Source of the DNA: Microbacteriaceae bacterium
Lineage (GTDB): Bacteria > Actinomycetota > Actinomycetes > Actinomycetales > Microbacteriaceae
Length of the DNA stretch: 64,000 nucleotides
Direction of reading: 5' to 3'
Assembly (NCBI GenBank): GCA_965660355.1
Contig: CBFHZN010000003.1
Location: 40,211 to 104,210 of the forward strand
How positions within the stretch are numbered: position 1 is the first letter of the stretch; each line of letters opens with the position of its first letter. The notes below the pieces were generated by a model. That model was given only the letters and a program-made list of their open reading frames with translations. It did no database searches and had not been told where the DNA came from. The translations under genes were made by a program, and so were the position numbers. This document shows, in pieces, positions 1 to 9,004 of this stretch.

Positions 1-1015
1 TAGTGATTTTAGTTAGGGTTTTTAAATCACTTTCATTCAATTGAGCATTAGTACCTAATGCTTGTCCAACCGCTAACTGTGCCTCTTGTAATCCTTTTAC
101 AGAAACATTAGCATCCATTGAGGAATTTGCGATAGAGGCAAAGTCTTGCCTCATTTGAACCGCACTAGAGGCAGACATTCCTAAACCTTTGGCTAAGTCT
201 CCTATTGATTTTTGGGATTGGATAAATCCATTTACCAAACCTGTTATTATACCTAAGACTAAATTTGCGGGGTTTAGCATTCCTTCACGGATTTGCTTTC
301 CTATGTTTTTAAAACCTGCTCCTAAAGCCTTAACTGGAGAGTTGGTTTTTTTAAGGTTTTCCTCCATGGCCTCAACAGCGGTATTAGCTTCAAATACATT
401 TCCAAGTATTGGGATTTTAGAGAGACCCTTTAGTATCCCCCCAGCTATCCCTAATTGCTTATCTATTTTTTCCCTATTTTTAAGTTCTTCAATTGAGGTT
501 TTATTTAATGACTTTAAGGTACTGTCTTTTTCATCCAATAATCCCTGGATGTTAGTAAGCATGACTTTTTCTTTATTAGAGAGTTCTTCGTTTTTTGATT
601 TATCTAGAAGGAGGTCTCTACTTACTTTTAGATTTGCGGTTTCTGAGGATATTTTGGATTTTAAGGAACTTAATTGTTTGCTTGAAAGTTTATTTATATC
701 AGATTGATGATCTCTAAGTTGACCACTTATAGAGGTTAAAGAGTTTAAAGATTTAGAAGCACTACTATACGCTTTATTGTTATTTCCTATCTCTTCAGTT
801 ATAGATTTAAAAGATTGGAATATGGATGAAGCATCAGTATCTAATAAATTTATATATTCATTAACTTCTTTAAGTTCTTGTTTTAACTTATCTAAATCAG
901 CGTTTTTGGGGTCCAAATTTTCAAATGGATTTTTATCACCCAATATTTTATAAGATTGCTCTATCTGCTTTAAAAGGTTTTGAGCTTCTTTTAATTTATC
1001 ATTTAGATCAGCCAT
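1..1015 (-). CDS. Tape measure protein, N-terminal part (gene continues past window start)
   Basis: ATG at 1015-1013. I translated the minus frame by hand and it stays open to position 1 (338 aa: MADLNDKLKEAQNLLKQIEQSYK...LGIAGGILKGLSKIPILG...). Coiled-coil/Gly-rich composition and position after tube and chaperone genes. Missing from the ORF track because no stop lies in the window. Confidence 0.6.
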   Translation of the reverse strand, partial: MADLNDKLKEAQNLLKQIEQSYKILGDKNPFENLDPKNADLDKLKQELKEVNEYINLLDTDASSIFQSFKSITEEIGNNNKAYSSASKSLNSLTSISGQLRDHQSDINKLSSKQLSSLKSKISSETANLKVSRDLLLDKSKNEELSNKEKVMLTNIQGLLDEKDSTLKSLNKTSIEELKNREKIDKQLGIAGGILKGLSKIPILGNVFEANTAVEAMEENLKKTNSPVKALGAGFKNIGKQIREGMLNPANLVLGIITGLVNGFIQSQKSIGDLAKGLGMSASSAVQMRQDFASIANSSMDANVSVKGLQEAQLAVGQALGTNAQLNESDLKTLTKIT

Positions 1016-1029
1016 TCAATGTTATTTTA

Positions 1030-1039
1030 TTATAAATAT
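1030..1039 (-). promoter_or_regulatory. Conserved intergenic 10-mer (plus TTATAAATAT, coding strand ATATTTATAA), candidate phage promoter element
   Basis: Exact 10-mer, 14 nt upstream of the tape-measure ATG. Confidence 0.45.
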
Positions 1040-1053
1040 TAAAAGCCCACAAA

Positions 1054-1374
1054 TTATTTATAACTCGCAGGCTTCTTATATTGTTTGGATGCTTGAGTAA
1101 AATCAGGAGCATTTACGGTACCATCAGGATTTACCATTGTTTTCTTTCCTTTATCCCCACCACTAGTTGCATTATTTACTTTATCATTTTCTTCTTTATA
1201 GTAAGAATTGATTTTATTGAAAGTGAATTTACGTAACCAAATAGGCATATTGTAAATTGTATTCCAATCATATCCTCCTTTACCATGAAAAACTATCTCA
1301 TGAATTTGAGTAAAAATAGCAGCTCTAGTTTGAGCGGCGGTCTCAGATATCAGGCCAAAAAAACTCAACCCCAA
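1054..1374 (-). CDS. ORF overlapping the 3' end of the chaperone candidate; possible +1 frameshift extension (G/GT-like) or independent small tail protein
   Basis: 106 aa ORF starting at TTG. Overlaps 1343..2071 by 32 nt in the +1 frame across a run of 7 U. Lies immediately upstream of the tape measure. Confidence 0.45.
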   Translation of the reverse strand: MGLSFFGLISETAAQTRAAIFTQIHEIVFHGKGGYDWNTIYNMPIWLRKFTFNKINSYYKEENDKVNNATSGGDKGKKTMVNPDGTVNAPDFTQASKQYKKPASYK

Positions 1375-2071
1375 TTGGAATATTGATTCGATCTGACTCT
1401 CCTTGGGGAAAAAAAGTTAAATCCACGTCTGGTTGAATTTGCTTAACATAGTCTCTTAGTGCACGTGAGTCCCGTGCTAAGAGATATTTATCAACGAACT
1501 CCCTTATATCCTTGGGTTCGCGTTTACCTTCCACAGATGTGATCAGATACTTCATGCGTGTTGATAGTTCGGGTGAACCATCTTTATTGATTTTCTTTAA
1601 TCCTTCTAACTCACGAGAAATTGCTTGCTCATCAGCATGTGTTAAAAGTTTAAATGTTACGTTATATTTTGTGTGGGGTAAAGTAAATGAGAATTCATTT
1701 TCCTCTGCTGCCTCAACATCTGGGTGAAGTGGTTTGTTATTTATTTCTGATAGATCCACTGTATGGGATTCTCCACTAATCATAAATGAATATTCTTGCC
1801 CGTATCCTAAAACACGAGCTGCTACCATTAGGGCATTTTTATCTCCAATTAGCAAATCATCGTATTTGATTTTTGACACAATAAGGGATTGCATCACTTT
1901 ATCTAATACTGTTCCTTTTTGAATATATGATTGGTTGGTGAGGATGTCTTCCTCTTTTGCTGTCATATACTTCATTTCCACTGTACCACTTTTTAACCCT
2001 GATTCCTCAGAGTAAAATTTACCCTTTGAGGGTAACTCAACCATTTCAGTTGGTAATTTAAATTCGCTCAT
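1343..2071 (-). CDS. Putative tail assembly chaperone (call based on position)
   Basis: 242 aa ORF between the tube and tape-measure genes. Ends ..GVEFFWPDI over the U7 tract. Confidence 0.45.
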   Translation of the reverse strand: MSEFKLPTEMVELPSKGKFYSEESGLKSGTVEMKYMTAKEEDILTNQSYIQKGTVLDKVMQSLIVSKIKYDDLLIGDKNALMVAARVLGYGQEYSFMISGESHTVDLSEINNKPLHPDVEAAEENEFSFTLPHTKYNVTFKLLTHADEQAISRELEGLKKINKDGSPELSTRMKYLITSVEGKREPKDIREFVDKYLLARDSRALRDYVKQIQPDVDLTFFPQGESDRINIPIGVEFFWPDI

Positions 2072-2108
2072 AATTTTTATTTGTTATAACTTTTATATTG
2101 ATAAATAT

Positions 2109-2480
2109 CTATAAATTAGTGATGTTGTCTGAGGAGGTGATAAATTTTTTAACTCCTGGTGTTTTTCTAATTTCAGATGCTATATCTTGCATTTTATCTC
2201 TAGTAAACCCCCCCTTAGTAATCCAAGGATACCCATCTACTTTAACTGTTAACGTTGTTTTGAAGTTGGATATATCCTGTTCATTGTAAGGGATAGGCTC
2301 AACTGAGGATATTGTTGTGATTCCTGTTATGGCTCTAAGATCTGAATATATTTCTTTTTGTGGGCGTGTATTTAAATCAGTGATTAATGTTCCCACCATT
2401 TTAAACTTGTCTTGATAATCCTCTTTAAGGATATTTTTAATTTCCTCTTTAATAATGGATTTTATATCATTTCGTTTCAT
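2109..2480 (-). CDS. Hypothetical tail-module protein carrying a family-A N-terminal leader (MKRNDIKSIIKEEI)
   Basis: 123 aa ORF, tightly packed in the tail operon, with the 10-mer directly upstream. Confidence 0.6.
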   Translation of the reverse strand: MKRNDIKSIIKEEIKNILKEDYQDKFKMVGTLITDLNTRPQKEIYSDLRAITGITTISSVEPIPYNEQDISNFKTTLTVKVDGYPWITKGGFTRDKMQDIASEIRKTPGVKKFITSSDNITNL

Positions 2481-2483
2481 ATA

Positions 2484-2493
2484 TTATAAATAT
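2484..2493 (-). promoter_or_regulatory. Conserved 10-mer TTATAAATAT (plus)
   Basis: Exact copy 3 nt upstream of the ATG at 2480 and just downstream of a terminator hairpin. Confidence 0.45.
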
Positions 2494-2498
2494 TATGG

Positions 2499-2531
2499 GA
2501 AAATAAAAAGCCTATCTCAGAAAGACAAGCT
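2499..2531 (-). terminator. Rho-independent terminator after the tail tube gene
   Basis: Minus strand reads AGCTTGTCT-TTCTG-AGATAGGCT (9 bp stem with two G-U pairs) followed by TTTTTATTTT. Confidence 0.55.
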
Positions 2532-2557
2532 TTTTTATTATTTTTTAAAAATACATT

Positions 2558-3046
2558 TTAGTAATTCAAGATACAATAGTCAGGTTGAACAGTCATTGTA
2601 ATGTTTACTGCTGTCCCATCATCATCCCAGTTATAATCACCAAATGATGCCTCTGTAATTAATGCTCCTTTTACAACCCATTCAGAAACTATATCACCTA
2701 CTGGGCCTACAACATTGAATGTTAAATCTTTCTTATAAAAATCAGAATACCCATCTCTACCAGTTACAGATTCGTGATGTAAACGAACCCATTCCATTAC
2801 GGATTGTGCTCCTGATGGAGTGATAGGATCAAATAATGTAAATTGGATTGTCCCCCATGTTGTTTTTCCTTTTACAAAACGTTGAATATTAATGTGGTTA
2901 AGAGCAACCGGTGTTTGTGATAGTGTTACCGCACCCATCCCTTTTACTAGGTATGAAGGAATACCATCAATATATAATATAAAGCGGTTTGTTTGTTTCG
3001 GTTCAAACGCTGTAAAAAAGATTTCATTTGGATTTAATACTGCCAT
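2558..3046 (-). CDS. Tail tube protein (T4 gp19-like)
   Basis: 162 aa, directly downstream of the sheath genes. N-terminal ..NRFILYIDGIP.. pattern and size are typical of the contractile-tail tube family. Confidence 0.7.
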   Translation of the reverse strand: MAVLNPNEIFFTAFEPKQTNRFILYIDGIPSYLVKGMGAVTLSQTPVALNHINIQRFVKGKTTWGTIQFTLFDPITPSGAQSVMEWVRLHHESVTGRDGYSDFYKKDLTFNVVGPVGDIVSEWVVKGALITEASFGDYNWDDDGTAVNITMTVQPDYCILNY

Positions 3047-3072
3047 TTTATTTTAAGTTAATTTTTTATCAA

Positions 3073-3082
3073 TTATAAATAT
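3073..3082 (-). promoter_or_regulatory. Conserved 10-mer TTATAAATAT (plus)
   Basis: Exact copy between sheath paralog 2 and the tube gene, 26 nt upstream of the tube ATG. Confidence 0.45.
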
Positions 3083-3098
3083 TAGTTACTTTAGGTTT

Positions 3099-4832
3099 TT
3101 AAACAGGGAAACTAGCTCCTGTTGGTTGAATGATAAAATCTAAATTAATAAATTCTGCTGTTTTAGTTGGTTGTATATAGATTTGACCCACTAATTGATT
3201 TCTATCTACCACATCTGGGGTGTTGTTTGTATCATCCATTATTACTTTAAAGGCATATAAACCTTCTTTTTGTTTAATTCTTTCCAAGTATGGATTTACG
3301 GTTGTTAAGAATTTATTTTGAGTTGTTAAAGTGTTTTGTTCAAATACTAAAGTATCTGCTACTTGTCCAATGTATGATTTTAATTCAATTAACAATCTTC
3401 GTACATTTACTCTATCTAAAGCTGATGATTCTTTTTGTAATGTTTTTTGCCCTGCTATAGAAACCTGATTGTCTTTAGTGGAAATAGGGTTAATATTATT
3501 ATCATATAAATCATTTTTAGAGGGTTGTGATAATTTGTATTCTGCTTTTTGGATAGTATTTAAACCTCCTCTATTTAAACCAGCGGGTGCGAACCATGGA
3601 GCTTTAACTCTATCATTAAATGCATATACTCCCCCTATTACAGTTGAGGCCGGTACCCATACAAGTTTCCCAGTTTCCGGATCTTGCATTCTAACCCAAG
3701 GCCAATAAGTAGCAGCATATGATGAATTCTTGCTTTGTGCTTGGGTTATTGCAGCAGTTCTTGTTGAACCATGTACTGTCATATCAGGAATATAAATGCT
3801 ATCTCCTCGTTCTTGAGTATTTGATATAATAGTATTAATAACTGATGAGTGTTCCGTGTCTACTAATCCGGGTGTTAATAACACATTAAATTTATAATCC
3901 TGGTTGTTTGAAAGTAGATTTACCATGTTTGTGTAATCAGCCGCTACTACTCCTTGGGTTTGTGTTGATATATTTTCATAAAAATTAGCCCCGGATGCAA
4001 CCTCCCCATCTGCTCCATCAAATGAATTATTTTGGAAAGGTGGTATAGTTCCAACATATGTTGGGTCTGGTAATCCATTTGCATCTAAATAGTTAGGGGT
4101 ATTTTTTAATACTTCTTTTATTCTAATATATTTTGAGGCGTTTGGGTAATTACCAGATATCACCTCTACTTGGTTTGTTGTTGGATTATAACCCATTTCT
4201 TCATCTCCTATTACTTTAGAAATGTAATTTGGAGAGGTTGGGTCTAAATTTACTCTATTGAAAGATTCTAAAATTACTTTATCATTCTCTCTATCGTTTC
4301 CTCTTCTTACTACAACATTAAATGTTCCTGATGCTGTTGAAGGATTAGTTATTTCTATACGTAAGTTATCAACAGTTCCATTAGATAATACACCACTAGC
4401 ATCAACAGATCCTGAACTATTCATTATAATCCCTTCGGATATTGTTTCTATTGTAAATACTATATCATTTGTTGTGTATGAATTATTTACGTATCCATTT
4501 ACTATATAACTACCACTTTCTACAACATCAAGTTCTGCGGATGTGAAAGATCCACTTGCTACTCGAGCAACTAATAATGAATTTCCTCCGGAATTAAAAT
4601 AATTAAAAGCGGAAATAGAAGTGAAATATGAATATGAATCACTGCCACTTATAAGAGATCCTCCAAATACATTTTTATAATCTGAGTATGAGGTTACTAA
4701 TGTTGGAAGTTCAACAGGTCCTTTTACTGTTGGGCCTATAATTGCTGCTCCTACTTTAGTAGGAAGTGGAGAATTAAATGATTGATCTAATTCGTTTAAG
4801 GTTACGCCTGGAGATGATGATAAGTTTGCCAT
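3099..4832 (-). CDS. Tail sheath protein, paralog 2 (T4 gp18-like)
   Basis: 577 aa. C-terminal block ALDRVNVRRLLIELKSYIG...DDTNNTPDVVDRNQLVGQIYIQPTKTAEFINLDF matches the gp18-family C-terminal signature. Confidence 0.9.
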   Translation of the reverse strand: MANLSSSPGVTLNELDQSFNSPLPTKVGAAIIGPTVKGPVELPTLVTSYSDYKNVFGGSLISGSDSYSYFTSISAFNYFNSGGNSLLVARVASGSFTSAELDVVESGSYIVNGYVNNSYTTNDIVFTIETISEGIIMNSSGSVDASGVLSNGTVDNLRIEITNPSTASGTFNVVVRRGNDRENDKVILESFNRVNLDPTSPNYISKVIGDEEMGYNPTTNQVEVISGNYPNASKYIRIKEVLKNTPNYLDANGLPDPTYVGTIPPFQNNSFDGADGEVASGANFYENISTQTQGVVAADYTNMVNLLSNNQDYKFNVLLTPGLVDTEHSSVINTIISNTQERGDSIYIPDMTVHGSTRTAAITQAQSKNSSYAATYWPWVRMQDPETGKLVWVPASTVIGGVYAFNDRVKAPWFAPAGLNRGGLNTIQKAEYKLSQPSKNDLYDNNINPISTKDNQVSIAGQKTLQKESSALDRVNVRRLLIELKSYIGQVADTLVFEQNTLTTQNKFLTTVNPYLERIKQKEGLYAFKVIMDDTNNTPDVVDRNQLVGQIYIQPTKTAEFINLDFIIQPTGASFPV

Positions 4833-4850
4833 TTTTTATTTTGGGTTTTA

Positions 4851-4860
4851 TTATACATAT
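4851..4860 (-). promoter_or_regulatory. Variant of the 10-mer (TTATACATAT)
   Basis: One-mismatch copy 18 nt upstream of the ATG at 4832. The same variant occurs at 47064..47073. Confidence 0.3.
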
Positions 4861-4867
4861 TAGGAAT

Positions 4868-6619
4868 TTATTCAAAAGTAACACCTGATGGAGTTATGTT
4901 GAATTCTAATTGTATAAATTCTACGGTTTTTGTAGGTTGGATGAATATCTGACCGATTAATAGGTTATTATTTACAGCTGATGGGGGGTTGTTTGTTTCA
5001 TCCATTATTACTCTAAAGTCATCTAATCCTTCTCTTTGTTGAACTGATGATAAGTAAGGATTAACTTGTGATAAAAAATCATTTCTAGTAGATGTTGTAT
5101 TTTGTTCAAATACTAAACCTTCTGCTACTCTACCGATAAAAGATTTTAACTCAATTAATAGTCTTCTTACGTTTACTCTATCTAAAGCTGATTTTTGTTT
5201 TTGAAGAGTTTTTTGTCCAAATACTACAACTCCTAAAGTTGGGGAAGTTATTAATGGATTTACATTCGCTTGATATAGAGCATCTCGGGTTGTTTGCTGT
5301 AGTTTTCTTTCAGCTCTTAATATTGTTGGTAATAATCCTCTAGTGGTTCCAGCAGGTGCTATCCAAGGCTCAGAAACACTATCATTAAATGCATATACTG
5401 AGGGGATTATAGTTGATGCTGGGATCCATATTTCTTCTCCAGTATTTGGGTCTAATGTTTGTAACCAAGGCCAGTAAGTAGTAGCATAAGTGTTATCAAT
5501 TGAGTTTGTTGAGGAGATGGTTGGGATTAGCATACTACCATATTCTACAGTATCTATAATAGCCATAGTATCCCCTCTTTCTCTACATTTTGTTATTAAT
5601 GATGTAATAACTGGGGTGTGAGTTGCTAAACTACTTATTAATCCTGGGGTAGAGATATATTTGAATTGGAATTCTTCTTTATTTCCTAAAAGGTTAATTG
5701 AGGAGGTATAATCACTAGCTTGTAATCCCTGGGTATTTGTGTTGTTGATAGAGCTATAATAATTTCCTACTCCAACAGGTAAGTTGGATCCTATAGCCCC
5801 ATTAAAGGAATTTTGTTGAGTAACAGGGATAAGTGAGGTAAAGGCAGCTACAGGGTCTCCATTATTATCTAAATAATTAGGGGTTTTTGTATTTACATTA
5901 CTTACTCTAACATAATTTGATTGATTAGAATAATTACCATTTGATTCTAAATAATAATCAGCACCATCATTAACTATACTGGTGGTTTGATTTCCTATTA
6001 CTTTTTCAATATAGTTAGGGGAGAATGGGTCTAATGATAAATTACTCCATGTTTCTAAAACTATTGGGGAATTTGTGTTATCATCTCCTCTTCTAATTAA
6101 AAGTGTAAATTCACCTGAGGATGTATTAGGGGAGGTTATTTGGATTCTTAAGTTATCTTGAGTTCCATCTGTTAAAGCCCCATTTGGGAGGAGAGAGGAT
6201 GAGGAGTTCATAATTAAACCTTCACTTAAAGTCTCTAAAGTAAATGCTATATCAGATGTTGAATATCCGGGTACAACATATCCTCCACTTATAAAAGTAT
6301 TGTTTGATATAACATCAAGTTCTGAGGGAGTAAAAGAACCACTTGTTACTCGAGTAACTAATAAGCTAGTTCCTCCCCTTTCAAAATAGTTATATGCTGA
6401 AACGGAGGTTAGGTAAGTGTATACTTGACTTCCACTTGTAAAAGTAGTTCCAAATTTATTGATGTATTGGGAATATGAAGTAACAACTGTGGGACTTTCT
6501 ACAGGACCTTTAACTGTAGGCCCCACAATTGCTGCTTGGATTTCGGGTGGTTGTTGTGTTATAAATGATTGATTATTTTCATTTAATACAACTCCAGGGG
6601 ATAAGATTGTTTCTGCCAT
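4868..6619 (-). CDS. Tail sheath protein, paralog 1 (T4 gp18-like)
   Basis: 583 aa. Collinear with 3099..4832 over its full length (by eye more than half identical), with the same C-terminal signature ALDRVNVRRLLIELKSFIG...IFIQPTKTVEFIQLEF. Confidence 0.9.
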   Translation of the reverse strand: MAETILSPGVVLNENNQSFITQQPPEIQAAIVGPTVKGPVESPTVVTSYSQYINKFGTTFTSGSQVYTYLTSVSAYNYFERGGTSLLVTRVTSGSFTPSELDVISNNTFISGGYVVPGYSTSDIAFTLETLSEGLIMNSSSSLLPNGALTDGTQDNLRIQITSPNTSSGEFTLLIRRGDDNTNSPIVLETWSNLSLDPFSPNYIEKVIGNQTTSIVNDGADYYLESNGNYSNQSNYVRVSNVNTKTPNYLDNNGDPVAAFTSLIPVTQQNSFNGAIGSNLPVGVGNYYSSINNTNTQGLQASDYTSSINLLGNKEEFQFKYISTPGLISSLATHTPVITSLITKCRERGDTMAIIDTVEYGSMLIPTISSTNSIDNTYATTYWPWLQTLDPNTGEEIWIPASTIIPSVYAFNDSVSEPWIAPAGTTRGLLPTILRAERKLQQTTRDALYQANVNPLITSPTLGVVVFGQKTLQKQKSALDRVNVRRLLIELKSFIGRVAEGLVFEQNTTSTRNDFLSQVNPYLSSVQQREGLDDFRVIMDETNNPPSAVNNNLLIGQIFIQPTKTVEFIQLEFNITPSGVTFE

Positions 6620-6632
6620 TTAGGGTGTTTTG

Positions 6633-6642
6633 TTATAAATAT
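6633..6642 (-). promoter_or_regulatory. Conserved 10-mer TTATAAATAT (plus)
   Basis: Exact copy 13 nt upstream of the sheath paralog 1 ATG. Confidence 0.45.
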
Positions 6643-6645
6643 TGC

Positions 6646-6909
6646 CTAAAGAGGGGATATTTCACCTGTGTTTGGGTCTATATTACAATCTCCATAAGTT
6701 TTAGAAAGGTTTTCTGAGAATGTTGTTTCGTCTTCTTTTAATTTTTCCATAAATTCTTCTGCTTGTTTTCTTCTTTCAGCAATTTGAAATTTTAGGATCT
6801 CGATTTGTCCTAACTCCATTGTTAGAGATTGAGAGCGTTGTTGGATATCTTTAAGGGTATCCATTTCCTCTTGTGTTAATTTTTTTGCTTCTGTTTGTAA
6901 ATTTTCCAT
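6646..6909 (-). CDS. Hypothetical coiled-coil protein
   Basis: 87 aa ORF with charged heptad-like sequence, preceded by the 10-mer. Confidence 0.5.
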   Translation of the reverse strand: MENLQTEAKKLTQEEMDTLKDIQQRSQSLTMELGQIEILKFQIAERRKQAEEFMEKLKEDETTFSENLSKTYGDCNIDPNTGEISPL

Positions 6910-6928
6910 AGATTTTATTTTTTTTTAT

Positions 6929-6938
6929 TTATAAATAT
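6929..6938 (-). promoter_or_regulatory. Conserved 10-mer TTATAAATAT (plus)
   Basis: Exact copy 19 nt upstream of the ATG at 6909. Confidence 0.45.
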
Positions 6939-6943
6939 AATAA

Positions 6944-7447
6944 TTATTTTGATGTTTGCCAATCTTTTTGTAAGTCTAAGTATTTTTGTTGATCATCAGG
7001 GGTCATTTCCCACCACTTATCCATTTTCCAAACCCATCCCGTAAGTTGTGAGCATATAAGTCGTTTTGTTTCTAAATCCTCCCCATTAAATTTATATTTT
7101 TTTGTTATAAGCTTCCAGGGGATACGGAATATAAAAGTAAACAAATCATATTTTACTTTTCTTCCCACTATTGAAATTGCTCTTTTTGCTATGCTTTTAT
7201 ATTCTTGGGATGCATTGATATTTCTGTAGATTATATATTCATATCTCCACTTAGATTTCCACTCCTCTAGAGTATTTAATTCAACTCCTTTACGTTGCAT
7301 ATCAACAATATACATCCTACCCCAAATTTCTATAGCTATTGCAGTATGGGAATATTTTGAGTTTGTTGCTTTTCTAATTATGTTACTAAGTAAGCTATTC
7401 CTACTACATATTAGAATATCACCATGTTTTATTTTATTATCTTCCAT
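6944..7447 (-). CDS. Permuted papain-fold peptidase, YiiX/YaeF (C92)-like; candidate cell-wall hydrolase
   Basis: 167 aa. HGDILICSRNSLLSNIIRKATNSKYSHTAIAI ... KYDLFTFIF ... LICSQLTGWVW has the His-before-Cys order and spacing of the C92 family. Confidence 0.45.
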   Translation of the reverse strand: MEDNKIKHGDILICSRNSLLSNIIRKATNSKYSHTAIAIEIWGRMYIVDMQRKGVELNTLEEWKSKWRYEYIIYRNINASQEYKSIAKRAISIVGRKVKYDLFTFIFRIPWKLITKKYKFNGEDLETKRLICSQLTGWVWKMDKWWEMTPDDQQKYLDLQKDWQTSK

Positions 7448-7558
7448 ATTTGGTTTTTTAAATTTTACTCATTTCGGTATAAACACTTACATTGTCAGTT
7501 ACGGTAATACCTCCCAGGTAATATGTTTATTAAGTTTTGTATTAGTCCTATTTTAGTA

Positions 7559-7762
7559 TTATTTATTTATTTCAATCATCATCTTCATATGTTCTAACTC
7601 TTTCTCTTCTTTCCAATCAAGATATTCTTGTGGTTCTTCATCATACCACACCCAACCATCAATTTCTTTTTTATTATCTTCTGATAGTATATCTCCATTA
7701 GGTAATGTAATCATATTACCCCTTACCCACTTATCATTATTCTCTTCGTATTTATAAAACAT
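7559..7762 (-). CDS. Small conserved partner protein of LRR genes, copy 3
   Basis: 67 aa. Shares the (F/L)P(D/N)G.I(M/L).E(D/N)N..DG...(Y/W)..E.P.EY.(D/E)W pattern with 14130..14315 and 15797..15991, and sits directly downstream of an LRR gene. Confidence 0.6.
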   Translation of the reverse strand: MFYKYEENNDKWVRGNMITLPNGDILSEDNKKEIDGWVWYDEEPQEYLDWKEEKELEHMKMMIEINK

Positions 7763-7800
7763 AGTTTAATTTATTTTTTATAATATTAAGTTTATCTTAA

Positions 7801-9003
7801 TTATGTTACAACTGTCCATCCTTTAGCGGTTGCTATACTTGTATCACAACCAGCACTACCAGGCATTCCACTAACATCTATAGTCTGTGTTCCAGCAGCA
7901 GTTCCAAGTGATGTAAACAATTCATCTATTGCATCGGCAGTCATTTGATTACCACTTACATCAACACCAATGGTCAATCTATTCAATACAATTCTTTGAA
8001 GTGAACCAGTTGATAAGAACATACCAAGTGTATTATTAATATTAATACAATCAGTCATCACAACCTCTGGTAAACTTCTAGCATTTCTAAACATATATCT
8101 AGCATCTTCTAAAAGAGGCATATTAATTTCTCCTATACTATAAGGTCCATTGTTAACTGTACCACCAAAGAAATATAAACCAATTGTATTATTTAATGCA
8201 ATCACATCACCAATAGAATAATTATTAGCGTGTATAAAGAATGAATTTCCATTTGTTGTTGATGAACCAAGTGTCAAACGTCCTATCTTAAAGTTATCTG
8301 AATATCTAAAAACTGCATCACTTGTAGCATTATCAATACTTACATCTCCTAAATTTTGACCATATAAAGAAGTCCCATTAAAACCATCATCCCAATTAGA
8401 AACATCTATATTAAAGAAATTACTTGGTAATTCTAACTTTTTAAGTTTAGTCATATATCTAAAACATCTTAAATTACTACCCTCATTCGGTGATTTTAAA
8501 TATACGTGTTCACAAATATGAGCAATTGCTAATGTTGAAATATAAACTCTAGATGAACCAGAACCATCTGGATTACCATCTCCTAGATAACTAACTACTT
8601 CAAGTGCATTATGTGAATTCTCATCACCATCAACATAACATAAACAAGCTCTTGAACTCCCAGTATCTAATTCCATATCAACTTCAACAAGAACAGGTTT
8701 ATAATTTCTACCATCTTCTAATGTTAAAATAGGTACTCCTGTTATAGTAGAATAATCATATGTGTGTTGTATGTCAGGATAAGTTGTGCCACTTGCAGCA
8801 GTGCTTGTAGTACCATCGCCCCAATCAACTACAGAATCATTATTTAATGTAAACTTTAGAATATTCGGGTTATCCTCAATAACTGCAAATACAACATATA
8901 ATTTAGTTTCAGTACCATCATCTGCTGGAATTGCTGGCCATTGAGTATTTCTCTTCCAAATAAACTCTGGTCTTGCTTTAATATATCTTCCCACACTTCC
9001 CAT
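7801..9003 (-). CDS. BspA-type leucine-rich-repeat protein with PKD-like DWGDGT segment, paralog 3; putative receptor-binding/adhesin protein
   Basis: 400 aa. ..VVDWGDGTTSTAASG..HTYDYSTITG.. then repeated F..(C/A).SL..(I/V) units. Collinear with the C-terminal parts of 14317..15807 and 15984..18245. Confidence 0.6.
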   Translation of the reverse strand: MGSVGRYIKARPEFIWKRNTQWPAIPADDGTETKLYVVFAVIEDNPNILKFTLNNDSVVDWGDGTTSTAASGTTYPDIQHTYDYSTITGVPILTLEDGRNYKPVLVEVDMELDTGSSRACLCYVDGDENSHNALEVVSYLGDGNPDGSGSSRVYISTLAIAHICEHVYLKSPNEGSNLRCFRYMTKLKKLELPSNFFNIDVSNWDDGFNGTSLYGQNLGDVSIDNATSDAVFRYSDNFKIGRLTLGSSTTNGNSFFIHANNYSIGDVIALNNTIGLYFFGGTVNNGPYSIGEINMPLLEDARYMFRNARSLPEVVMTDCININNTLGMFLSTGSLQRIVLNRLTIGVDVSGNQMTADAIDELFTSLGTAAGTQTIDVSGMPGSAGCDTSIATAKGWTVVT

Positions 9004-9004
9004 A

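Noticed and set aside
189-707. Plus-strand ORF of 172 aa
   Set aside because: It lies entirely inside the open minus-strand tape-measure frame (1..1015). The composition is low-complexity Ser/Phe/Leu, typical of a shadow ORF in AT-rich DNA. The same reasoning applies to all other plus-strand ORFs in the track (for example 1512..1727, 3469..3708, 12851..13219, 20438..21007, 24221..24658, 31842..32255, 32754..33125, 57863..58198, 63425..63820). Each overlaps a longer, recognisable minus-strand gene.
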